Notes: generated from the sequence alone by a model not told the origin. Shown: positions 18,510 through 26,657, counted from the stretch's first letter. The stretch is DNA of 64,000 nucleotides from a virus (IMGVR_UViG_3300049573_000219:1-64000); one strand, 5' to 3'. A program made the numbers and translations.

Positions 18510-18803
18510 GTGAGCTACGAGAAGATCGCTCGGATGCCCGAGTATCAGAAGGCGGTCGAATCACTCGACGCCTTCCGGCGGGCACTGGAGGATGCGGGAT
18601 CTTCGATGCTGGATGATTTCGCCAGCATCGCCCTGTTCGCCGCCGGTTCGGCTGCATACCGGGACATGTGTCCCGAGTGCAAGGACCCGCACGCCATCTA
18701 CGCCCCGCACGAGGTGCAGCCGGACGGTCAGAAGGGCGTGCGGTGCGGTTACCTGTGCCGCCGGGGGCACCGCTGGAGCTGCGCCTGGGCGCGCAGGGCC
18801 TGA
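18510..18803 (+). CDS. Zinc-finger-like hypothetical protein
   Basis: CPEC ... YLCRRGHRW. Confidence 0.65.
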   Translation: MSYEKIARMPEYQKAVESLDAFRRALEDAGSSMLDDFASIALFAAGSAAYRDMCPECKDPHAIYAPHEVQPDGQKGVRCGYLCRRGHRWSCAWARRA

Positions 18804-19009
18804 AGAAGCGCGAAGGCCAGGCGCCCGTCATCCGGCGGGTGGCCTGGCCTCACTTCCAGCCCCTCCTGGGGCGGCATGAACGAGTATGGCACGGCGCCCC
18901 GGTGCACCCAAGTGCTTTCGAGCGGGCTGGCAGTAGAAGTGGCCTGGGCCATGTAGTAGGCTTACAGACAGCCAAGTTGATGTTGGTCAACCTTCGGGAA
19001 GGTGAAGAG

Positions 19010-19549
19010 ATGCTGGTGTCCACAGGGCCCATCGCGCTCGCGCGGCCTGGATGGGGCCTGAAGGAAGGAACGATCGTCTCGCTGGTCTCCAACGACTCCG
19101 GAGGCAGGCCGGACGTGCTCTGCGCGCAGATGATCGCGGGGGCCGCAATCTCCGGAGTGAAGACCCTCGTGCTGCTGAACGGCCTGCGCACCGACGACGA
19201 CGCGTGGAAGGCCATCGGGGACATCCTCGGCGGCGGCAACCCCAAGGCGGCGGCGCAGGAGATGCGCCACATGAAGCTCGTGATGTACGCCTCGGGCACG
19301 GGCCGGGAGCACGTCGGGAAGGCGGAGCTGGTGTACGCTCCTGGACTCAACCCCACCGAGCTGAGCCGCCTCTCCGACGAGACGACGGCGCCGATCCTGA
19401 CCCTTTCCGACCTCGAAAGCGAGGTCGTGAAGCGGCTGTCCAGCGAGGTCATCCGCGTGGGAGGCGACGCGATCGTTCTCGACGCGGAGGGCTTCGAGGT
19501 TCCTGTCGTGTTCGACCCGAGCGGTCCGGTCTACCGGGTGGCAGAATGA
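19010..19549 (+). CDS. Degenerate RecA/DnaB-fold-like protein
   Basis: GLKEGTIVSLVSNDSGGRPDVLCAQMIAGAAISGVKTLVL parallels the DnaB P-loop region without GKT. Confidence 0.45.
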   Translation: MLVSTGPIALARPGWGLKEGTIVSLVSNDSGGRPDVLCAQMIAGAAISGVKTLVLLNGLRTDDDAWKAIGDILGGGNPKAAAQEMRHMKLVMYASGTGREHVGKAELVYAPGLNPTELSRLSDETTAPILTLSDLESEVVKRLSSEVIRVGGDAIVLDAEGFEVPVVFDPSGPVYRVAE

Positions 19550-20079
19550 GGCCCCCGGCGCTCATCGTGAACGACGGAACCAGTCGCGCGTTCTTGTCTG
19601 ACGGAATGCCGGGGACGGGAGGGCTCTTCGTGCCGGAAATGCACCGTTTCCCCCTCAAGCAGACGATCGCGCAGGTTCTCGTCGAGTATGCCGAGCAGAA
19701 CCACCCGGTCCTGATGGTCGACGACGGAACCCGGCGCACGGGGGGGATCCTGTACCACGTGGCTCACATGCTCGGACTCAGGACCCCAGACGCCCTCTCC
19801 GAGGAGCGGTCTTCCGTTCCCCTCCGGGTCACTGACGACCTGGAGGGCGCATGGAGCAGTGCACAGGGTGTTCACGTGGGCGACTTCCAGCATGTCGGAG
19901 GGTTCGAGGTGATGTATCACCCGGCATACGGCGAGCCGGACGATCACGCGTGCGACATGGGCGACGCCCACGGGGTTCTCCTGGTGATGGAGTATCCGAA
20001 CCGGGATTCCCGGACGCTCCTCATGCGTGAACACGACCTCACGCGCGATGCAAGTGGACGACTCGCGCGCAAGAGCTGA
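19546..20079 (+). CDS. Hypothetical protein, possible second degenerate RecA/DnaB-fold
   Basis: DGMPG...KQTIAQVLVEYAEQNHPVLMVD; ATGA coupling. Confidence 0.4.
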   Translation: MRPPALIVNDGTSRAFLSDGMPGTGGLFVPEMHRFPLKQTIAQVLVEYAEQNHPVLMVDDGTRRTGGILYHVAHMLGLRTPDALSEERSSVPLRVTDDLEGAWSSAQGVHVGDFQHVGGFEVMYHPAYGEPDDHACDMGDAHGVLLVMEYPNRDSRTLLMREHDLTRDASGRLARKS

Positions 20080-20092
20080 AGGAGAAGAAGCG

Positions 20093-21625
20093 GTGGGCAA
20101 GGCTCTTGAAGTGATGATCGCGGCGCTGGACGCCGCCGGATCCAAGCGGTCTCGGGCCGGTGGTGGCCAGGTGTTCCAGTGCCCGGCGCACGACGACAGG
20201 AGCCCCAGCCTCAGTGTGAGCGCAGGCACCAAGGGTATGGACGTGGTCTTCAAGTGCCACGCGGGGTGCGAGCGGGACGACATCCTCGCTGCTCTCGGTC
20301 TGACCTGGAAGGACATCCTCGGGAAAGGCGACAGCGAGGAGTACCGCAAGCGTCGCGCCGACCTCTGGATGCCCTGCCAGGGAGGCAAGGACACGCCCGA
20401 CAGCGAGCGGTGCCCCGGCCAGAAGAAGGCCGAGTACCAGTACACGGACGAGAACGGGAACCTGCTCTACGCGGTGGCCCGGTGCTCTCACAAGGGGAAG
20501 GGCTGCCGTGCCCCGTTCGCCCAGTGGCGCCCCGATTCGACCCGCCCGTACGGCAAGGCGTGGGGCCTTCCGGGTTCGGTCCGGCGGGTGCTCTACAACC
20601 TGCCGAGGGTGATCGAGGCGGCGAAGGCCGGGCGCAGGATCTGGATCGTGGAGGGCGAGAAGGACGTCGACCGGATGAAGGCGGACTTCCCCGACGAGGT
20701 CGCCACGACCGTGGTCTCCGGCGCGGGCAAGAGCAAGTGGAAGCTGGAGTACACCCGGTACTTCAAGGGCGCCTCCGAGGTCATCATCTTCGCGGACTGC
20801 GACAAGACGGGGCTGGAGTTCGCCGAGGAGGTCTACGGCCACGTCAGCAAGGTCGTGGACAAGGTGAAGGTCGTGTGCTCGCCGCTCATGAACGACGGCG
20901 CCGACTTCTCCGACCACTGCGATCACGGTTTCGGGCTCGACGAGTTCGAGATCGTTCCCTTCGAGCCGATCAAGAAGCGCCCCAGGATGGCGATCGTCGT
21001 CGAGGAGGAGCACCGGGAGAAGCCGGTCGTCTTCAGCGGATTCAGCCAGGAGTCGGTCGAGCGCAGCCTGGTCGGCTCGATCCTGCGGTACGGCAACTCG
21101 TACGGGATCAACGAAGTGGACCTCCAGACCGACAAGCGGCTGAACGTGATCGTCAAGGCATCCGCACGACTGGCGGCCAGTGGCCTCGTGATCACGCCCG
21201 AGATGGTCGCGGCGGAGATCGAGGACATGGGGGTCAGCACCTACGACAAGGCACTGCCCTACGCCCTGGAGCTGGAGGCCGTCGCCTTCGACGACACGGC
21301 GAAGCCCCTGATCGCGGCACGCATCCTGCGGGAGCGGACGATGCGCAGGAGCCTCGCCTACGTCAGCCGCGCGACGGAGTCGGCGCTTCAGGACGAACGG
21401 CGTTCGCTGGAACAGATCCTCAGCGACGTCAGCAGGACGGCCGAGAGGCTGAACGAGGAGTACGCCAGTCTGGAGCGGGAGTACTGCCAGCCGGTCGGCG
21501 ACGTCTTCACCGGGGACGTTCTCGAAGAGATCGTCATGGAGGAGATCGAGGAGCCGACGAACGTCAAGCCGATCAGGCAGGTGGTCATCCCCCTCAAGGG
21601 GAAGCAGGCGGCCCAGGGCGGCTGA
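20093..21625 (+). CDS. DNA primase (Zn-binding + TOPRIM) with DnaB-N-like C-terminal domain
   Basis: CPAHDDRSPSL..CHAGC, IVEGEKD, FADCDKTG, GADFSD; tail VERSLVGSIL...RERTMRRSL. Confidence 0.85.
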   Translation: MGKALEVMIAALDAAGSKRSRAGGGQVFQCPAHDDRSPSLSVSAGTKGMDVVFKCHAGCERDDILAALGLTWKDILGKGDSEEYRKRRADLWMPCQGGKDTPDSERCPGQKKAEYQYTDENGNLLYAVARCSHKGKGCRAPFAQWRPDSTRPYGKAWGLPGSVRRVLYNLPRVIEAAKAGRRIWIVEGEKDVDRMKADFPDEVATTVVSGAGKSKWKLEYTRYFKGASEVIIFADCDKTGLEFAEEVYGHVSKVVDKVKVVCSPLMNDGADFSDHCDHGFGLDEFEIVPFEPIKKRPRMAIVVEEEHREKPVVFSGFSQESVERSLVGSILRYGNSYGINEVDLQTDKRLNVIVKASARLAASGLVITPEMVAAEIEDMGVSTYDKALPYALELEAVAFDDTAKPLIAARILRERTMRRSLAYVSRATESALQDERRSLEQILSDVSRTAERLNEEYASLEREYCQPVGDVFTGDVLEEIVMEEIEEPTNVKPIRQVVIPLKGKQAAQGG

Positions 21626-21704
21626 CATGGCCCAGGCCATCTGGTAACCTCAAAACAAGGGAAGGGGGCCCCGGTTGAGACCGGGGCCCATGAGAGGAGA
21701 CGAC

Positions 21705-21938
21705 ATGGCCCGCGCGGCGAACAGCCCGTACCGGGAGGACTGGTACGAGAGCAAGCTGGAGGGAGCGGCCACCCCGAAGGACGCCTTCGAGGTTCTGCGG
21801 GGACGGCTCGCGGCCAGCGTCAAGAGGCTGCCCGAGGAGTTGCAGTACGGCGCGTACGCCACGGCCGTGGACGCCCTCAAGGGCGTCATCGAGGCGGTCG
21901 AGGACGCGATCGACGACACGAGGCCGGTGGGCGCGTGA
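21705..21938 (+). CDS. Hypothetical protein
   Basis: GAGGAG RBS. Confidence 0.65.
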   Translation: MARAANSPYREDWYESKLEGAATPKDAFEVLRGRLAASVKRLPEELQYGAYATAVDALKGVIEAVEDAIDDTRPVGA

Positions 21939-22327
21939 GGGTCGACGGAACGCGGCTGGACCTGCGCACGATGGCCAGCCGGGAGGGACGCGGGCCGCTG
22001 ATCGGCGGCCGACGGCACCTCGGGGTCGGCGGCAGCATGGTGATCGTCAGCGAACTCGACTCCCCGGATCGCGCGGGGATCAACATCGCCGTGCCCGACC
22101 CCTGGATCACGATCCACTGCATCACGCACGGGCGCGACGAGCACGGGTCGCCCATCGACCGGGACGGCTGGCTCGACGTCGCGGACCTCACGCCGTGGCG
22201 CGAGTACTGGCTGGAGCTGGACGCACTCGGAGGCATCCGGGTGGAGCGCGCCGACTCGGACGGCACCAGTTACCGCTGGTACTGGCCGATGCCGTACGAC
22301 TCGTGGAGGCGGATCAAGTGCGGGTGA
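21935..22327 (+). CDS. Hypothetical protein
   Basis: GTGA coupling. Confidence 0.6.
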   Translation: MRVDGTRLDLRTMASREGRGPLIGGRRHLGVGGSMVIVSELDSPDRAGINIAVPDPWITIHCITHGRDEHGSPIDRDGWLDVADLTPWREYWLELDALGGIRVERADSDGTSYRWYWPMPYDSWRRIKCG

Positions 22328-22770
22328 ACAGCGGGCGCCTCGACCTGAAGAGCCTCGTCGTCGGAGAGCCCTGCACCATCACGACCGGGGGCACGTCGAT
22401 CCGGATGGTGCACACCGGCCGGAGCATCGAGATGGGCATGTACCTGAACGGGGTCGGCATGGGCCCGATCAGGGACGACCGGCTGATGCGGATCGAGGAC
22501 GAGCACGGGAAGGGGTTCTTGACCTACTGGCTTCTCCTGGACCGGCTGGCGCCGCGACGTCTGTACACCGTCCTGGTCACGGATCCGGGCGCCCTGCGAG
22601 GCGAGGCCGAGGACGCGCGCTTCACGGGGGTGCCCGGCTGGCGGATCTCCGACGACACCCCCGGCCTTGAACCCGAGCCCGGTGACCTGAAGTCCAGCGG
22701 TCCCGTGTGTGGCCTGATCGGGAAACTCCTCGGGGAGAGGGGGAGGGTGACGCGAAGGAAGAGCCGATGA
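22324..22770 (+). CDS. Hypothetical protein
   Basis: GTGA coupling. Confidence 0.6.
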   Translation: MNSGRLDLKSLVVGEPCTITTGGTSIRMVHTGRSIEMGMYLNGVGMGPIRDDRLMRIEDEHGKGFLTYWLLLDRLAPRRLYTVLVTDPGALRGEAEDARFTGVPGWRISDDTPGLEPEPGDLKSSGPVCGLIGKLLGERGRVTRRKSR

Positions 22771-22862
22771 TGGGGAGGGGGTGAGTGAAATGTGCGACTG
22801 GTGCGGACAGGGGTGTGGAGACTCCACCCAGCCTGGCCCGCAGACCCCGGAGAATCCGGAGA

Positions 22863-23171
22863 ATGAGGACTGAGTACGTGACGTATGTCGAGAAGGCCCG
22901 GGAGGCTCTGGTCGAACAGCTTCCCGGGCTGGCGAGAGAAGACCGCAGCAGCCTGCTGGACCTGTACACGGTCCTCGTGCTGATTCGCGGCGAGAGCACG
23001 ACCCTGGAGCATGTCCACGACGCCTGGAGTGTCTGGATGTCGCGCACCAGGCCGGACCACCGTTCGATCATCCCCTTCGACGAGCTGACCACCGAGGTCC
23101 AGGAGATGGACCGCAAGTACGCCGAGGCCATCCAGGAGGCGGCGCGCAGGGTGAGCGGTGAGGGCCGGTGA
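22863..23171 (+). CDS. Hypothetical protein with RyR-repeat-like motif
   Basis: VHDAW...HRSIIPFDELTTEVQEMDR. Confidence 0.55.
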   Translation: MRTEYVTYVEKAREALVEQLPGLAREDRSSLLDLYTVLVLIRGESTTLEHVHDAWSVWMSRTRPDHRSIIPFDELTTEVQEMDRKYAEAIQEAARRVSGEGR

Positions 23172-23812
23172 GGGGCGCCAGGAGGGCGGCTTCCGTTCTG
23201 GCCGCAAGCGCACTGGTGGCGGCACTCTGTACGGGTGCATCTGCGGGGAAGGGTGAAGTCGGCGAAGAGCCTGTCGCGCGGTCCGCTCAGCGCCAGCAGG
23301 TGAGGATCGAGCTTCCGCCGCTCAAGCGGATCGACCCCACTCCGGAGCCGTCTCCGACCGCGAAGCCCTCGGTCACCCCCACGGCGAAGTCGACCTTCCG
23401 GCCGAAGCCCGCAGCGAAGCCCCGGGTGCGGCCGACTCGCACGGCGAAGAAGGAGCGGCGCCCCGTCGAGCAGGTGACGAGGATCGGCGGGTACGCGTAC
23501 TGCGGATCGACCGTCCCTGCGGCGCAGAGGTGCATCGATCAGGGGAAGCTGACGCTGTACTACCCGGCTGGCGTGAAAACGCTGGCAGGTCACAACTACA
23601 TGGGGTGGTACTGGATGGACGACCTGCCGGTGGGCCGGAAGGTCGTCATCTCCTCGGGCGGCCTGGCGGGGACCTACCGGGTGTACGGGCACGGCTGGGC
23701 GAAGCGCGGCAGCCAGGGAGGCACCTTCCCGGCGTCGGGGCTGGGGGCCTCCGTAGCGCTCCAGACCTGCACCAGCACGGGGACGGGCTTCTCGTTCCTC
23801 CGGCGCCTGTGA
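23168..23812 (+). CDS. Secreted/anchored sortase-like protein
   Basis: Signal-like N-terminus, Pro/Lys-rich linker, LAGHNY and LQTC motifs. Confidence 0.55.
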   Translation: MRGARRAASVLAASALVAALCTGASAGKGEVGEEPVARSAQRQQVRIELPPLKRIDPTPEPSPTAKPSVTPTAKSTFRPKPAAKPRVRPTRTAKKERRPVEQVTRIGGYAYCGSTVPAAQRCIDQGKLTLYYPAGVKTLAGHNYMGWYWMDDLPVGRKVVISSGGLAGTYRVYGHGWAKRGSQGGTFPASGLGASVALQTCTSTGTGFSFLRRL

Positions 23813-23909
23813 GCGGGTGAGGTTACTCACCGAAAACCGCTACAGAAAAGCGAAGTTCTGCGGTAGAGTAGTACTTGTAGCCGGGAGGGGAAGCCTTCCC
23901 GGCAGGCAA

Positions 23910-23985
23910 AGGGATATAGCTCAGCTTGGCCAGAGCAACCGTCTCCAAAGCGGTGTTTGCGCAGGTTCGAATCCTGCTATCCCTG
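23910..23985 (+). tRNA. tRNA-Trp(CCA)
   Basis: AGGGATA/TATCCCT acceptor, CTCCAAA loop, GGTTCGAATCC. Confidence 0.9.
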
Positions 23986-24031
23986 CTGGACCCCGGGGTT
24001 ACAACCCCCCCGTCACCCTGGGGTCCTTTAC

Positions 24032-24108
24032 CGGAATGTAGCTCAGCTTGGTTTAGAGCGCTCCGTTCGGGACGGAGAGGCCCGCAGGTTCGAATCCTGT
24101 CATTCCGA
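24032..24108 (+). tRNA. tRNA-Pro(CGG)
   Basis: CGGAATG/CATTCCG, CTCCG-TTCGGGA-CGGAG. Confidence 0.92.
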
Positions 24109-24309
24109 CTGGACTCCGGGCGGCGTATCGGAAGTACCTCTTTCCCTTACGACGTCGTCCACTCCGTCCGGAGTCCTCAGTTCTCGCTGCCAGTTGTCCT
24201 TCTTTTCGGAAGGTCGACATCCCGCAGGGATGGCATCCTGCGAAGGGGAAACCTGTCCACCGATCGGTGCGAGAGGGTCGGTCAAAGTACCGGGCAGAGT
24301 TCCCCGCCC

Positions 24310-24382
24310 GCCTCCGTAACTCAGTCGGTAGAGTGCTTCCCTCGTAAGGAAGATGCCGCAGGTTCGATTCCTGTCGGGGGCT
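24310..24382 (+). tRNA. tRNA-Thr(CGT)
   Basis: GCCTCCG/CGGGGGC, CTTCC-CTCGTAA-GGAAG. Confidence 0.92.
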
Positions 24383-24536
24383 CGAAGGTGCGGTGCGGAC
24401 TCATAATCCGTAGCCGTATGCCGGTGGAAGGTGCGGGAGGACAGACCCGACTGGAAGCAAGGCAGACCCCTGGTGGAACGCTGTCCCGGGAAGCCAGGGG
24501 TTCCTGTGAAATCGGGACGAGAAAGAGGGTGCGATC

Positions 24537-24653
24537 GTGACCTGCAAGTGCAAGGCTCGGACGTACGAGGGGCACCTGAAGAAGGTGCAGCAGGACGGAT
24601 ACCCTACCCATGTCTACACAGGTCACTACTGGAGCCCCAAGGACGACAAGTAA
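24537..24653 (+). CDS. 38-aa microprotein inside the tRNA array
   Basis: GAAAGAGGG RBS, GTG...TAA, MTCKCKARTYEGHLKKVQQDGYPTHVYTGHYWSPKDDK. Confidence 0.45.
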   Translation: MTCKCKARTYEGHLKKVQQDGYPTHVYTGHYWSPKDDK

Positions 24654-24666
24654 AACTGAAGAACGC

Positions 24667-24739
24667 GCGCCCTTAGCTCAGTTGGCAGAGCAGGGGATTC
24701 TTAATCCTCGTGTCACTGGTTCAAGTCCAGTAGGGCGTA
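24667..24739 (+). tRNA. tRNA-Lys(CTT)
   Basis: GCGCCCT/AGGGCGT, GGGGA-TTCTTAA-TCCTC. Confidence 0.9.
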
Positions 24740-24749
24740 CGCAGAACAA

Positions 24750-24824
24750 CGGGATGTGGCCCAGTTCGGATGGGGCAACCGACTACGGATCGGAAGGACG
24801 GGGGTTCAAATCCCTCCATCCCGG
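24750..24824 (+). tRNA. tRNA-Arg(ACG)
   Basis: CGGGATG/CATCCCG, CCGA-CTACGGA-TCGG. Confidence 0.85.
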
Positions 24825-24850
24825 CTCGACAACTCAATAGCAAAAATCAT

Positions 24851-25330
24851 GCGCCTGTGGAGGAGTCTGGAGTCCTCGCCGGTCAAGTCAGAGAGAAGAA
24901 ATGAATCCAACAGAAAAGGGCGTTAGAACAGAAGGTATCATCCTTTCGGCCCTATTGAAGAAGGGCTACAGGGTACTCCTTCCGTTCGGTGGAGGTTCCC
25001 GTTATGATCTCGTTTACGAGGAAGATGGGAAGTTCATCAGGGTGCAGTGCAAAACTGCAACCTATGCAAACGGATGCGTAGTTTTTAATTCGAGATCCGT
25101 GAGCAGAGATGGGCAGAATCTTCACTACGCCGGAGATTGCGATGTCTTCGGTGTTTACTGCCCCGATCTGGACTCGACCTACCTTGTTCCCGTGGAGCTT
25201 GTAGCCAAGGGTAAGGGTAGTCTTCGAGTGGAAGAGCCCAGGGTAACGAGAACCTTGCAGGCTCTCTGGGCGAAGGACTTTGAACTGACGTAAGCGGAGA
25301 TTTTCGCGGGTTCAAATCCCGTCAGGACCG
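24851..25330 (+). tRNA. Interrupted/chimeric tRNA (Asp-like 3' half) split at the anticodon by an endonuclease ORF
   Basis: 5' half 24851-24891 (acceptor strand, D arm GAGG/CCTC); 3' half 25285-25330 (GCGGG-TTCAAAT-CCCGT T arm, CAGGACC-G). Confidence 0.7.
24901..25293 (+). CDS. PD-(D/E)XK endonuclease, group I intron-associated type (I-Ssp6803I-like)
   Basis: KG..TE....AL...GY.V..PFG...RYDLV.....FIRVQCKTA...Y...CDVFGVYCP..YLVP; low GC. Confidence 0.85.
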   Translation: MNPTEKGVRTEGIILSALLKKGYRVLLPFGGGSRYDLVYEEDGKFIRVQCKTATYANGCVVFNSRSVSRDGQNLHYAGDCDVFGVYCPDLDSTYLVPVELVAKGKGSLRVEEPRVTRTLQALWAKDFELT

Positions 25331-25477
25331 CTGGCTTCGGAGGCAGATCTCGCAGGGTTCGCGGCTCACGCCGCTACCTGGGAGGCAGAGAGTGAGGCAA
25401 AGCGAGTCCACGAGCCAACCTTCTCCGGGAGGCGACTGGAGGGCGGCCCCTGCCCAGCTATATCTCAAGGGGTGCAC

Positions 25478-25554
25478 GGCCCTGTAGCTCAGTTCGCGTA
25501 AGAGCGCTCGCCTGAAAAGCGAGAGGTTCGCCGGTTCGAATCCGGCCGGGGCCA
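25478..25554 (+). tRNA. tRNA-Phe(GAA)
   Basis: GGCCCTG/CGGGGCC, CTCGC-CTGAAAA-GCGAG. Confidence 0.92.
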
Positions 25555-25668
25555 CTGGCCGGACGGTAAGCTATCGACGCAGCCCCACTGTGGCGGGTGG
25601 GACATACGCGCGAAGATAGCCCATGCGTGGAAGCATTGCCGTCCGGTTGCCGACAATTTCATAGTCGA

Positions 25669-25740
25669 TCGCCCGTAGTTTAACTGGCAAAACTCCGGCC
25701 TCTGGAGTCGGCGTTCTTGGTTCAAATCCAGGCGGGCGAG
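25669..25740 (+). tRNA. tRNA-Gln(CTG)
   Basis: TCGCCCG/CGGGCGA, CCGGC-CTCTGGA-GTCGG. Confidence 0.9.
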
Positions 25741-25814
25741 CTGCGCCGGACCGGCACGTTGAGTGGTCCGTAACCAGTCGGTCGCATGCGACCGGTCCGG
25801 CGCGAACAAGTCAA

Positions 25815-25887
25815 TCCCTCGTAGCTCAGTTGGCAGAGCATTCGATTGTTAATCGACAGGTCACTGGTTCGAGTCCAGTCGGGGGAG
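25815..25887 (+). tRNA. tRNA-Asn(GTT)
   Basis: TCCCTCG/CGGGGGA, TCGA-TTGTTAA-TCGA. Confidence 0.9.
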
Positions 25888-25978
25888 CGTGTGCCGACGA
25901 CACCATGTCCTTCCGTGGTCTGAAAAACCCGGTCGGACTCACAGTCGGTGGTAAAGGGTCGTGGTGCGCAACACGGCC

Positions 25979-26074
25979 GCGCGTGCAAGCGAACCCGAGT
26001 CAGAGCCCGGCGAACAGGGCACTCGGGCGGAGCTGGGGAGACGTCCCGTGCGAGTTCGAGCCTCGCCACGCGCA
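25979..26074 (+). ncRNA. tRNA-like RNA lacking a canonical anticodon arm
   Basis: Perfect acceptor GCGCGTG/CACGCGC-A and T arm GCGAG-TTCGAGC-CTCGC; non-canonical middle. Confidence 0.6.
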
Positions 26075-26176
26075 CTCAGGAAGAAGCCCGTCGCAACGGA
26101 AGGGAATGGGCGATGAACAGCCTGACCGGATTCACCTAGGACCGCGAAATACGCGGCCCTAGGAGGATGATTTCCG

Positions 26177-26572
26177 ATGGGCAAGACCGCACACCACACG
26201 CCGGAGAAGTTCGACCGGCGAGAGTTCCCCGACGGCTACCGGATGTACTGGCGTGGCCGTCCGCTCGTTCCGGTGCGCGAACACACGGTGTACGACCTGG
26301 ACTTCAGCGCCTCTGAACTCCGGAAGGCGCAGCGGGAGGGCAGGCGTCCTCAGCCTCGGAAGATCCGGCGCACTGCCCGCTGGTGGACCTACACGGGGGC
26401 GTGGACTCCCAGCTCCAGCCGTACCTACTGGGCCGACAAGAACGAACGGTCGAACAGGCGGTACGTGAAGAGTGTGCTGAACGCAGGGCGCCGGACCAAG
26501 GGTGAACTCGAAAGGCGCCTGTACGAAAAGGCAGAGAAGACCCCTCGCCGGATGCTGTACGACATCTGGTGA
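26177..26572 (+). CDS. Arg-rich hypothetical protein
   Basis: AGGAGG RBS, 131 aa. Confidence 0.7.
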   Translation: MGKTAHHTPEKFDRREFPDGYRMYWRGRPLVPVREHTVYDLDFSASELRKAQREGRRPQPRKIRRTARWWTYTGAWTPSSSRTYWADKNERSNRRYVKSVLNAGRRTKGELERRLYEKAEKTPRRMLYDIW

Positions 26573-26584
26573 GGCAGCAGGGAT

Positions 26585-26657
26585 GCTCTCGTAGCTCAGG
26601 GGATAGAGCACTGGATTCCTAATCCGGGTGTCGCAGGTTCGAATCCTGCCGGGAGCA
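26585..26657 (+). tRNA. tRNA-Arg(CCT)
   Basis: GCTCTCG/CGGGAGC, CTGGA-TTCCTAA-TCCGG. Confidence 0.92.

Noticed and set aside
24420-24520. Possible SAM riboswitch or SRP-like RNA (GGAAGCA, purine-rich stems)
   Set aside because: Could not build the conserved cores by eye; left as unassigned structured spacer
24882-25297. Group I intron or bulge-helix-bulge intron around the nuclease
   Set aside because: Only 19 nt before the ATG and none after the stop, so no catalytic core fits; the junction helix has symmetric mismatches, not two 3-nt bulges
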